This document shows positions 1-8,040 of a stretch of DNA of 31,734 bases, piece after piece (position 1 is the first letter of the stretch; each line of letters starts with the position of its first letter). Under the pieces are notes generated by a model that saw only the letters and a list, made by a program, of their open reading frames with translations, had not been told where the DNA came from and ran no database searches. Source of the stretch: a virus (lineage: Duplodnaviria > Caudoviricetes); IMG/VR virus record IMGVR_UViG_3300020044_002951, positions 1 to 31,734 of that record; one strand, 5' to 3'. The translations under genes were made by a program, and so were the position numbers.

Positions 1-85
1 TCCACCTTCCAAGACTGCTACCATAGAAACAGCATCTCTTATGAGTTCTTCGGCAGTGACCTCAAGGCAGCACTCACGATAAAAT

Positions 86-1057
86 TTGCGACATAATCTC
101 AGAGAAAAATTTAAAAGATTAAGAGCAGAAGTTTCTTCACTTAGCATAACATGGGATGAAGTTGCTCAAAAATCAAAAGATTTTGCTAGCAAAATGAAAT
201 GGGTTTCTGCTGGAATAATAGCTGGTGCTGGATATGCTCTCAAGGCTGCTAGTAGTCATGAAGCACTAGCAATATCATTTGAAATGTTAGGTTTAAATGC
301 AGTTAAAGCTAAAAAGTTTGTTGATGAGCTTTATAAAATAGCTTTGGATCTACCAGTCATAGATGAACAGTCTGTTTTTAGCTCTGCTAAAATGTTGATT
401 AACATGGGTCAAGGTGCAGAACAAGCAGCCAAGCGCGTAAAAATGCTTGCTGCTATATCTGTTGCAACTGAAATACCACTTGAGTCATTAGTTGAAACTG
501 TTGGTAAGATGGAAAGACAAGGATTTGTTAGCCCAAGAGCTTTCATGTCGCTAAACAAACTTGGTCTTGATAAAATGCTTGCAGAAAAATTTGGAGTGTC
601 AATAAAAGAAATATTGACTGCTGCAGGTAAAAAGGCAATACCTGCTGCTGCTGCAATTGAAGTTTTAGAAAAAAGAGCTGAAAGTTATGGCGATGCTTTA
701 TCTAGAATGGATGCCCAATTCAATGAACAAATTGGTGATACAATAGTCTTATTAAAACTTCATGCTGCATCATTTGGTGAAGCTCTTGCTGGAATATTTG
801 GTTTCAATGGCGGGTTGAAAGAGCTTAATAATTGGCTTGACCAATCATTAAGCAAAAGCAAAGAATTTTATAAAGAGCATTCACAAATAATAAAAATAGC
901 AGCTGGATTTGCAGCTTTCTTAATTGCTCTTACACCAATTGCAATGATGATTTCAGTTATTGCTGTAAGCATTACTCTTAGTACTAATTTGTTCATTTAT
1001 TTTGATTGTTTACGAAAACGTGAACACGTTACAAATTATAACGCTTTCAATTTATAA
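86..1057 (+). pseudogene. Truncated phage tape measure protein fragment (tape-measure N-terminal domain), foreign to the rest of the window
   Basis: Ala-rich helical protein with the tape-measure N-terminal signature (SFEMLG..AKKFVDEL...P.....VFSSAKML..MG...LAEKFGVS). Weak TTG start just after an in-frame TAA (80-82). The hydrophobic segment breaks off at ~981 and the last ~24 codons run through the palindrome array. Opposite strand to all other genes. Confidence 0.75.
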
Positions 1058-1303
1058 TCTGTCTTATAATTAGTCATTATCAGTTCTAAACCTGTTACAA
1101 ATAATACTATAAATATGTTACGAAACGTTACAAATTATAATGCTTTGCACAAAGTATTGTTTTTCAGCACCTTTCGCAAATTATACCTTATCGGATATAA
1201 TTACACCGATTTCGGTATATTTATACCCTTTAGAGTATAGTTTTTATACCTTATCTGATATAATTACGCTGATTTCGGTATATTTATATTTGATTGCGTA
1301 TAA
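1008..1303. repeat. Contiguous array of ~13 imperfect palindromes, including six 20-bp TTATACC-N6-GGTATAA-type units and a 45-bp direct repeat
   Basis: gtttacgaaaacgtgaac 1008-1025; cgttacaaattataacg 1027-1043 and again 1126-1142; tgtcttataattagtca 1060-1076; cagttctaaacctg 1081-1094; aatgctttgcacaaagtatt 1139-1158; gtattgtttttcagcac 1154-1170; 20-mers at 1181, 1201, 1221, 1244, 1264, 1284. 1181-1225 is repeated at 1244-1288 with 3 mismatches. Confidence 0.85.
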
Positions 1304-1857
1304 TAAACGAGTGTAGTTTTATTTTTATGAGTACCATCAAGATATCTTCTTAAATTTTTTGGATTTATATTTTTATCTATTCCAGCATCATTTATTGAAT
1401 TATAAATTTTATTTGTATTTGTGCAAATAACTTTTTTTGCATTTGGATGAAATTGGTGTATTTTATAAAACTTTTTTAATCCTTCAGATATCTTTTTTTT
1501 AGTTATTTCTGAATAAATTTTACCTTTTGCTTTTTGCGATAATTTTTTTCGTGTTTCAATTGAAGGGTTTGTTTTATATGCACCCTCACCTCCTCCAGTT
1601 AAATTAACTAAACTTCCACTTCCTAAATCTTTTCTTCCATATAATTCAATAAATTCTATTTCTTTTTTGCAAGCTTCATCCCAAGTTAAATTATCAAAAA
1701 TAATTTCTGTATAAAAATTTGTTTTTTTTATTATATTATTCCAATGATTATTTCTTCTTGTTTTTTCTTTTGCTCTTTTAAATTTTAAATCTGAACCAAT
1801 GCCAATATAAAAAGGTTCATTTTTATCTATTCTAATATGTCTATATAAATATGGCAT
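1264..1857 (-). CDS. GIY-YIG-type homing endonuclease with NUMOD3 and NUMOD1/IENR1-like DNA-binding modules
   Basis: N-terminal YLYRH...FYIGIG..KRA...E.EFI..YG...LVN; NUMOD3-like S.ETRKKLS / SEITKKKIS repeats; C-terminal KKVICTNTNKIYNSINDAG helix-turn-helix. Very AT-rich. Confidence 0.85.
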   Translation of the reverse strand: MPYLYRHIRIDKNEPFYIGIGSDLKFKRAKEKTRRNNHWNNIIKKTNFYTEIIFDNLTWDEACKKEIEFIELYGRKDLGSGSLVNLTGGGEGAYKTNPSIETRKKLSQKAKGKIYSEITKKKISEGLKKFYKIHQFHPNAKKVICTNTNKIYNSINDAGIDKNINPKNLRRYLDGTHKNKTTLVYYTQSNINIPKSA

Positions 1858-1859
1858 AG

Positions 1860-2234
1860 TTATAAAATTGTTTTACCTTCTACAAATACGACTTCTATTT
1901 TTCCCGTACTTTCTATTGATTGAGTTTCACGAGGTTTTCCAACCGCACGACTGATTATTGTTTCTAAATTCCACAAACTGCCTTTCTCATAATCTCTCAA
2001 TAATGCCTTTGCCACCATGCGCTCTAATAAAGTGCATTCCTCATTCTCTGTAATGGATTGTATCTCTGCCTTTGTCAGTGCTGCTATGTTCATCAGCGTG
2101 TCTGCTATCTCTCTATTGTTGTAACCTAATTCCGATATTTTTGATATGAGTTTACGTGGCGCACCCGAAGAGTTGCGCTTGGGGTCAAATCCCTTTTTAA
2201 ATGGAGTAAGATTATTTAAACTATTCTTATTCAC
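1860..2234 (-). CDS. terS: Putative terminase small subunit
   Basis: N-terminal NLTPFKKG.DP.RN..G.PRK motif, helical core, R..GKP.E and a C-terminal beta strand (IEVVFVEG) typical of TerS. Sits at the end of the middle-gene block. Confidence 0.7.
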   Translation of the reverse strand: MNKNSLNNLTPFKKGFDPKRNSSGAPRKLISKISELGYNNREIADTLMNIAALTKAEIQSITENEECTLLERMVAKALLRDYEKGSLWNLETIISRAVGKPRETQSIESTGKIEVVFVEGKTIL

Positions 2235-2236
2235 AG

Positions 2237-2593
2237 TTATATCACAGATAATTTATTTTTATAATGCTCACACAATCTGTCCATCTCTCCGATATAATAT
2301 GTTGTAAAATCTTTATATCCTTTATTGTCTTGTTCAAAGTTCCTGTAAAGTATTGCTCTTAATCTTTGTGCAGGTGTCTTTACATTTTCAAAGTCGGTCT
2401 TTAAACTTTCTATGGTATCGGATTCATCCTTTGTGAAAGGTTCAGGTTTAATTCCTATGTAGCAAAGTTGCTGATTAAGTTTAAATACGTCTGTAAGCTC
2501 ATTAGGGCTTAATTCCTGACTGCCTATTGTTAGCTTAATGGTTTTATCCTTTCGGGTTGAAATGGTTTCTATTTGACCGCAAATGAGTATCAC
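2237..2593 (-). CDS. Phage hypothetical protein (KTPAQRLR motif)
   Basis: 118-aa ORF tightly coupled to both neighbours. Confidence 0.75.
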   Translation of the reverse strand: MILICGQIETISTRKDKTIKLTIGSQELSPNELTDVFKLNQQLCYIGIKPEPFTKDESDTIESLKTDFENVKTPAQRLRAILYRNFEQDNKGYKDFTTYYIGEMDRLCEHYKNKLSVI

Positions 2594-3207
2594 AGATAAT
2601 AGTTTTTAGTTATGTCATAATGTTTAGTCCATTTATCCCATTTAGCATCAGATAAGGCCAACCCCTCATCTTTCATTTTTCTGTAATCTGATTGCTCTCC
2701 TACATCATGGCCGATATGGTTTGATGTTAACCCGGCAATGTAATAGTTTGTGAATCCTGTTGCATTAAGTCGGTAGGCATAATCAGCATCCTGCATTCCA
2801 TACGGGTCGTAATCTTCATTAAACATGCCTATCGTATCAATCGCTTTGCGTGGAATCATTACGTTACCAAAAGCAGTAAAGGTTTTATTTACAAGTTGTC
2901 CGTTAATATGGGACAACTCGCCTTGTCCTTCTACACAATGAATACCACACATACCAGTATTTTCTATATTGGAAACAACTTCAACCATTCTTTGCAACCA
3001 ATTAACTGGCATTTCAATGTCATTTGAACATGTCACGATAGCATCATAGTCCTTTGTTTTCTCTAATCCCTCATTAATTGCTGCTGCTATTCCTAATCTA
3101 TTAATGGTAAATAAGTCAAATTGGTAACCTGCATTCGCTATTGAGTGAAGGGCTTGCTTAGTATGCTCATGCCTTAAATAGTCCAAAAATATTATGCCGA
3201 CTTTCAT
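2590..3207 (-). CDS. Glycosyltransferase family 2 (GT-A fold)
   Basis: GIAAAINEGL, DxD-like SND, IG.FNE.Y..YG.QD.DY.YRL, and a C-terminal H.GH motif. Confidence 0.85.
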   Translation of the reverse strand: MKVGIIFLDYLRHEHTKQALHSIANAGYQFDLFTINRLGIAAAINEGLEKTKDYDAIVTCSNDIEMPVNWLQRMVEVVSNIENTGMCGIHCVEGQGELSHINGQLVNKTFTAFGNVMIPRKAIDTIGMFNEDYDPYGMQDADYAYRLNATGFTNYYIAGLTSNHIGHDVGEQSDYRKMKDEGLALSDAKWDKWTKHYDITKNYYL

Positions 3208-3869
3208 TTTATGTTATTCTTTTTATATTCAATCCAATACTGCTCAATGTTGTTATCTAATTCATCAGGCACACAATCAAACTTTTTACTAAATCCACAT
3301 GGCTCACCTTCAAAGTTTAAATCTTTCATTACATCAATCAGCAAATCTATTTCCATTTGTCTGCTTCGTATAAATACGTCTCTAATCGTATCATCCTGAT
3401 AAATTGGTACAGTAACTTTTTTTATTATTCTGCCCATGTCTATCTTTTCATCAATCCAATGTGCAGTTATTCCGATAGGTAGATTGTTTATAATTGACCA
3501 TTTAAGATTGTCAAGCCCTCTGTTGCCCGGCAGAATACCCGGATGTATATTTAAAATACCTTTAGGATATCTTTCAATCAATCCCTTGCTTAATATCCTT
3601 GCCCCCAATATTATGGCAAATTGATTGCGTGGCTCCCAGTCATCATGGTCTTTGACAAAAACTGTCAAATCAAATAACTTGCATAAATCTTTTGGATGGA
3701 TGGATTCTTTGCATATTGGCGAAATCCTGTACTTTGACTGCTTAAACTTTAAATCCTTTTTATCCTGCAATATAACATGATTAGGTATAAACCCATTTTG
3801 TACAAGGTTTAAAATACCATTGTTAGTTTTCCAATGCGCAAAGTTATATCCGAGTATATCAAACATCAT
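3204..3869 (-). CDS. N10-formyl-THF-dependent formyltransferase (Formyl_trans_N), probably a sugar N-formyltransferase
   Basis: ILNIHPGILPGNRG...GITAHWIDEKIDMGRII carries the catalytic Asn/His/Asp. No Fmt C-terminal tRNA-binding domain. Confidence 0.88.
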   Translation of the reverse strand: MMFDILGYNFAHWKTNNGILNLVQNGFIPNHVILQDKKDLKFKQSKYRISPICKESIHPKDLCKLFDLTVFVKDHDDWEPRNQFAIILGARILSKGLIERYPKGILNIHPGILPGNRGLDNLKWSIINNLPIGITAHWIDEKIDMGRIIKKVTVPIYQDDTIRDVFIRSRQMEIDLLIDVMKDLNFEGEPCGFSKKFDCVPDELDNNIEQYWIEYKKNNIK

Positions 3870-3970
3870 GGAAATTCGGTATCGTTATCAATATCCTGCT
3901 TTATGATTAACATGCCCCATATCGCAGAAACAATAATTGTTATAAAAAATATTAAAAAAAACTCTTTCAT
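3866..3970 (-). CDS. Small single-TM protein (34 aa, MKEFFLIFFITIIVSAIWGMLIIKQDIDNDTEFP); not in ORF track
   Basis: Translated by hand. 4-bp ATGA overlaps with both neighbours and one hydrophobic helix. Confidence 0.7.
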   Translation of the reverse strand: MKEFFLIFFITIIVSAIWGMLIIKQDIDNDTEFP

Positions 3971-4245
3971 ATTCGTGATTTATACCACCTATAAATTGTC
4001 ACCATAAACTCAACTACACATACAGGGCAGCTACGATTGTAACCATAATGTGGGTCAATTAACCTATACGCTTCTAATAACTCGTTTTGAATCTCATGAT
4101 GAAAGTTAACAATCTGCTCTGTCTTTTCGTATAAGTCATAAATGTGCTTATGCTTTGACAAGATTGTCAAACAATTCTTTTCTTCGTTTGTTAACTTCAA
4201 AGAGGTTGTACTTTCTGTTTGCCCATTCTTTGAGTGCCTCGCCAT
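3967..4245 (-). CDS. Small hypothetical protein with C-terminal CPVC motif (true start likely a TTG near 4170-4200)
   Basis: ORF track. The 5' part overlaps the upstream glycosyltransferase, so the start is uncertain. Confidence 0.65.
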   Translation of the reverse strand: MARHSKNGQTESTTSLKLTNEEKNCLTILSKHKHIYDLYEKTEQIVNFHHEIQNELLEAYRLIDPHYGYNRSCPVCVVEFMVTIYRWYKSRI

Positions 4246-5158
4246 AATCTAATCGTTTATTAGGATTTAAAATTAAATCTTTTATGTGAATAAACCAATC
4301 CTTTTGTGATTTTACCCATAATACTGGAGCATCTGCATCCAATGAATAAGGTGCAACATGTGAACAAATAACCGGAATAGATTTAGTCGCTGCTTCTAAT
4401 AGCTTAAGATTTGATTTACACGAATGCCACCAGCTATTTTCTAAAGGTACCAACATAATATCTGCCCATTCGTAAAGCTGCATGTAATTATGAACTTCTA
4501 AAGAATGAAGTTTAGTAAAGGGTAATTTACGGGAGTTGGTAAAGTCGTTAAACATGTTATCCCATATCCGTTTGGTATTCCAGTCGGTATCATTATAACC
4601 TGCCAAAACCATTTTTATTTTATCCGAGAAAACATTTAACCTCTTAACTGGATTCGCAAGTAACTTTATATCACATTCGTGAGTCACACCACCTGCCCAA
4701 AAGATTCTTATTCGTTCATCTTCTCTTTTATCGGGTTGAAATTGATGTGAGCCATAAGGTAAAGCATTTGGTACGATATGGCAGTTTTTATTTAACGGAT
4801 ATATTCTTGATGCCAAGTTTTCGTTAGTGCAAAGCACAATATCCGCCTCACGTATGTTATTCTCAATTCGTGGCTTTAGTTCTTCGTAAGCAAAGAAATT
4901 AAGGTGATTCGGTGGGAGCGTCCAATCGTCATCCATGTCAATAACAATCTTTGATGACATTTGTTTACGGACTTCATCCCATCCCTCGTCAAACACAGAT
5001 AACCTATTATAAAAAAGAATATCCCATCCTTCAGCAAGTTTCTCAGCGTCGGGTTGATTAGTCACGTAACCAGTCACCCCATCCATATACCCCAATGGTA
5101 AAACTATTCTATGGAATCCGCATCCGCTACCGGGTTGAGATAGTCCAAGTATTCTCAT
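4148..5158 (-). CDS. Glycosyltransferase, GT-B fold (GT4-like)
   Basis: SGCGFHRI..P, IDMDD, VPNA, IFWAGG.TH..D, DI.LVPL.....CKSNLKLLEA.....PVICS...PY. Confidence 0.85.
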   Translation of the reverse strand: MRILGLSQPGSGCGFHRIVLPLGYMDGVTGYVTNQPDAEKLAEGWDILFYNRLSVFDEGWDEVRKQMSSKIVIDMDDDWTLPPNHLNFFAYEELKPRIENNIREADIVLCTNENLASRIYPLNKNCHIVPNALPYGSHQFQPDKREDERIRIFWAGGVTHECDIKLLANPVKRLNVFSDKIKMVLAGYNDTDWNTKRIWDNMFNDFTNSRKLPFTKLHSLEVHNYMQLYEWADIMLVPLENSWWHSCKSNLKLLEAATKSIPVICSHVAPYSLDADAPVLWVKSQKDWFIHIKDLILNPNKRLDYGEALKEWANRKYNLFEVNKRRKELFDNLVKA

Positions 5159-5397
5159 TCTATGTAGTTATCTATGTTCACGCAATTATCATCTAAAACT
5201 TCGTGTATCTTTTCAAAGAATCTATCTAATAGTTCGTATTCTATTGTTTTGGCATCCCTTGACTCCAGTTCCCATTCCAAAGATTTCTTACTGTGGATTA
5301 TTTCCCACAAAGCAATGCATATTTGTAGAGAATCTGCAGCACGTCTGAAATCTTTGTTTTCAGCATCTAAGTCGTATGTGAGTGTAGCAGTAGGCAT
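5155..5397 (-). CDS. Phage hypothetical protein
   Basis: 80-aa ORF with stop/start overlaps on both sides. Confidence 0.75.
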   Translation of the reverse strand: MPTATLTYDLDAENKDFRRAADSLQICIALWEIIHSKKSLEWELESRDAKTIEYELLDRFFEKIHEVLDDNCVNIDNYIE

Positions 5398-5741
5398 TAA
5401 AAAGGTAAATCTTCTTCTATTTCTTTTGTCGCAATTTTAGTAGATTTTTTCGTCACAATTTTTTCATTATTTGTGACAGATTTGTCAACATCAATCTTCC
5501 ATGCTTTTACTTCGTTATACCATTTGGTATTATACTCTTTTGCGTTGATGTCAATATCAGCAGTTATGCTTTGACCTTCAGAAAGTTTAATGTCTAAAAG
5601 CTTATTCCAAATACTTACACATACATTTTTAGGATATTCGCCATCTGTTTCAATAACTATATCTCTTTTTTGCCAGTCACCTTTTTTTGATGTGCCGGAC
5701 TGGATAGGCAGGATGTGTGTAATTTTACCTTTGATTTGCAT
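5397..5741 (-). CDS. DUF3127-family OB-fold protein, probable ssDNA-binding protein
   Basis: GKI..ILP..SG.S..G.W.K..IVIET...YPK...EYN.KWYN.V.AWKI with an SSB-like acidic tip EEDLPF. Confidence 0.85.
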   Translation of the reverse strand: MQIKGKITHILPIQSGTSKKGDWQKRDIVIETDGEYPKNVCVSIWNKLLDIKLSEGQSITADIDINAKEYNTKWYNEVKAWKIDVDKSVTNNEKIVTKKSTKIATKEIEEDLPF

Positions 5742-5748
5742 ATTTATT

Positions 5749-5985
5749 TTATTTTATTTTGTTTCCTAAGAATCCTGCACCGAATAAAGTTGCCAAAATT
5801 TGACTTATCACATTAGGGCAAAAATAAAGTATAGCAGCAACCCATACACTTAAACACGTTACACAATCTAACGGCTTTAATCTCGCACCCCTCTGCATTT
5901 TAAATCCTTTCTTTATAGCATTGGGTATCATTGCCACATTTACAAAGTAGTAACTAAAAAGAAACGCTGCTAATACCTGAATCAT
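5749..5985 (-). CDS. Small membrane protein with KP.DC..CLS.W motif (DUF1360-like)
   Basis: Start moved to ATG 5985 (ATGA overlap with the upstream gene). Hydrophobic helices around CxxC. Confidence 0.65.
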   Translation of the reverse strand: MIQVLAAFLFSYYFVNVAMIPNAIKKGFKMQRGARLKPLDCVTCLSVWVAAILYFCPNVISQILATLFGAGFLGNKIK

Positions 5986-6464
5986 AATTCTGTAAGATTT
6001 AAGTTCATACAATGCGGAGCAGGTACATTGCCACCGAAATAAGGATTAGTACGTAAAGTTAATTTATATTTTTTGAACGCTAAAATTATAACGGCATGAT
6101 TTAAATTTCTTGCATCATGTCCATAAAGTTCTACTGTATCTGAAGTAAACTTCATTTCTAAATTGGCTTCCTTAAGTACATAAGTTAATGTCTTAACCTC
6201 CCATTTGTTATTGGTTTCCTTATAAACTCCTATCTCAAACATATCAAATCTTAAATCGTACCTCCAAACAAATCGGATGGATTCTTTACGTGGATTGAGT
6301 GTGTTGGAAATACCGACTAACTTATTCCAGTCCATTTGGTCAGCACCTATCTTGTATTTGCAGGTGTTATTAAATTTAACCTGCCATTTAAACTCTGACT
6401 TTGTGTAAAGTATCGGGAATTTAGGGATGGAAAAGTGCCATCCTTTTGGTATAAAATATCTCAT
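5982..6464 (-). CDS. Hypothetical beta-rich protein
   Basis: 160-aa ORF, aromatic-rich, PYFGG..PAPH motif, coupled to neighbours. Confidence 0.7.
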   Translation of the reverse strand: MRYFIPKGWHFSIPKFPILYTKSEFKWQVKFNNTCKYKIGADQMDWNKLVGISNTLNPRKESIRFVWRYDLRFDMFEIGVYKETNNKWEVKTLTYVLKEANLEMKFTSDTVELYGHDARNLNHAVIILAFKKYKLTLRTNPYFGGNVPAPHCMNLNLTEL

Positions 6465-6607
6465 TTTTTAAGTAGTTTTACCATTGCTAAAAATAAAGCA
6501 CCAGACCATATTAAAGCCATCCAAGTTTCGGCTATCTCTAATCTGATAAGGACTGAAGTTATTAAGATAACTCCGATGCAAGTTCCGATGTAGGTTTTTT
6601 TATCCAT
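6461..6607 (-). CDS. Small two-TM protein (48 aa, MDKKTYIGTCIGVILITSVLIRLEIAETWMALIWSGALFLAMVKLLKK); not in ORF track
   Basis: Translated by hand. Fills the gap with overlaps at both ends. Confidence 0.7.
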   Translation of the reverse strand: MDKKTYIGTCIGVILITSVLIRLEIAETWMALIWSGALFLAMVKLLKK

Positions 6608-7106
6608 TGAGTTTAGTTTTAAGTTCTGCTTTTGTTTTGTTTACCACCTGCATTACATGAAGTCGTGGTATCTTAAAATAGTCAGCAACCTTTTGGCAAC
6701 TTTTCAACTCTACATATTTCCTAAAGATAATTGACTCATGAGCGTTATTAGCGTCAATGTCCAACTTTTCATCCAGTATCTTCTTTGCCCTTATTGCTAC
6801 GGATACGGGTATCTCCTGCCCTTGTTGACTTCGGATATAATCGTATATTTCCGTATCTTTCTTTTTATAAACCTTATTAAAATTGCACCTGTTGAACGTG
6901 CCAATATTCCAAAGTGTCTTTAAAGTAAAGTTTATTAAACTACCTTCATTCTGAATCTTTATTAGCTTGTCGCAATCGTAATTTAGAAGTGTTAAAGCCA
7001 ATTCCTGCCGGAGGTCATCCTGTAAATCCGCTGGCTCAATCTTCGCCAATAGCGTTGATACTTTTGGATGGTTGTATAAATCTTCTATTAGCTGATTGCA
7101 TTTCAC
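6600..7106 (-). CDS. ECF sigma-70-like factor (putative middle/late transcription regulator)
   Basis: Region-2-like DDLRQEL.L.L...F and a region-4-like HTH SCQKVADYFKIPRLHVMQVVNKTKAELK. Confidence 0.7.
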   Translation of the reverse strand: MKCNQLIEDLYNHPKVSTLLAKIEPADLQDDLRQELALTLLNYDCDKLIKIQNEGSLINFTLKTLWNIGTFNRCNFNKVYKKKDTEIYDYIRSQQGQEIPVSVAIRAKKILDEKLDIDANNAHESIIFRKYVELKSCQKVADYFKIPRLHVMQVVNKTKAELKTKLNG

Positions 7107-7110
7107 CTTA

Positions 7111-7140
7111 TAAAGTTATTATTTTATTTTATATCTCAAA
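7111..7140 (-). promoter_or_regulatory. Bacteroidota-type promoter (-33 TTTG, -7 TAACTTTA) for the sigma-like gene
   Basis: Minus strand TTTG-N18-TAACTTTA, one mismatch to TAnnTTTG, ending 4 nt before the GTG start. Confidence 0.5.
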
Positions 7141-7145
7141 ATAAT

Positions 7146-7445
7146 TTAAAAATAATCTGCTTTCAATAAAGCATTTTTAGCTTTATTAATAGATTTTTCA
7201 TTTAATCCATGTTTTAAAATATATTGTAATGCATTATACATATCAGGACAAGCTGAAATTAATGTTGCATCTTTTTCAGATAAACCACCTCTTGCATTAT
7301 TATTTATTTGATTTACTCCAACAATCATAATGCCATCATTTTCTCCATCATTATTATTGTTATCTTCTCTAACAATTGATTGACTTCCATTTATCATTCC
7401 TTCATATTGATTGCAATCTACAAACCAATTTCTTTTAATTTTCAT
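7146..7445 (-). CDS. Hypothetical protein (A.LI.A.PDM..AL phage family motif)
   Basis: 99-aa AT-rich ORF. Confidence 0.7.
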   Translation of the reverse strand: MKIKRNWFVDCNQYEGMINGSQSIVREDNNNNDGENDGIMIVGVNQINNNARGGLSEKDATLISACPDMYNALQYILKHGLNEKSINKAKNALLKADYF

Positions 7446-7456
7446 GTTATTTTGTT

Positions 7457-7816
7457 TTAAGGTTTAAGTTTATATTTCAAAATAATTTCTTCTAATTCCT
7501 GCCTGCTCCATTTCTTAACTGCGTTAATTGATTTTCCCTCCAGTTCGTTAACATAATCCTCACCATAGCGTTGTATTAATCCCATCCTGTATTTAATCAG
7601 ATTACCATGCAGAAAGTTATTGCATCTTAAACATTGCCCATGTACATTCATTTCATCCATTGTCAAAGCTGAATAATGCCCGGAACTAAAATAATGCCCT
7701 GCATGGTCTATTGGATTACCGCAACTGATACAACCTAAATCTCTATCTCTATTCCTAATCCACGCATTAAATTTATCCTGTGCTTTCTTCTTTAATTTAG
7801 GTAGGGTTGTTTTCAT
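7457..7816 (-). CDS. ninG: NinG/Rap-family recombination endonuclease
   Basis: AQ..FN.WIR.RD....CISCG....AGHY....F/M.E.N.HGQC..CN..L.GN...YR..LI.RYG. Confidence 0.9.
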   Translation of the reverse strand: MKTTLPKLKKKAQDKFNAWIRNRDRDLGCISCGNPIDHAGHYFSSGHYSALTMDEMNVHGQCLRCNNFLHGNLIKYRMGLIQRYGEDYVNELEGKSINAVKKWSRQELEEIILKYKLKP

Positions 7817-8036
7817 AATATTTTGTAGCTTTTTTTATCAATGATTGCAATGTTTTGAGATTATCAAGTGTCAAAACAATATGTTCAAAATTTTCTGTAT
7901 TTATGTAAACTGCATTATCATTTATAAAAAGACAATCAATAACATCTAATTCTGCATCTAAAATTTTTGCATAACAACCATCATCTGTAATTAATAATTT
8001 ATTTGCATTTGGCTCAATCATTTTTTCAATATTCAT
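7797..8036 (-). CDS. Hypothetical protein
   Basis: 79-aa ORF in operon. Confidence 0.65.
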   Translation of the reverse strand: MNIEKMIEPNANKLLITDDGCYAKILDAELDVIDCLFINDNAVYINTENFEHIVLTLDNLKTLQSLIKKATKYYENNPT

Positions 8037-8040
8037 AGTT

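Noticed and set aside
1-96. Open plus-strand frame (STFQDCYHRNSISYEFFGSDLKAALTIKFAT*) at the window edge
   Set aside because: Too short to identify. It may be the end of another gene or another chimeric piece.
60-100. Stop-codon recoding to extend the tape-measure fragment upstream
   Set aside because: The blocking codon is TAA, and genes in the window end normally with TAA, TAG and TGA.
997-1263. Protein-coding ORF or group I intron across the palindrome array
   Set aside because: The minus-strand frame ending at 997 hits a stop at 1036-1038, the ORF track shows nothing here, and I could not recognise intron core elements.
1181-1303. CRISPR array or mini-array
   Set aside because: Units are 20 bp, degenerate and abutting, with no unique spacers and no cas genes.
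3204-3869. Calling the formyltransferase fmt or purN
   Set aside because: It lacks the Fmt C-terminal domain and the PurN N-terminal SG.GSN motif, and its context is glycosyltransferases.
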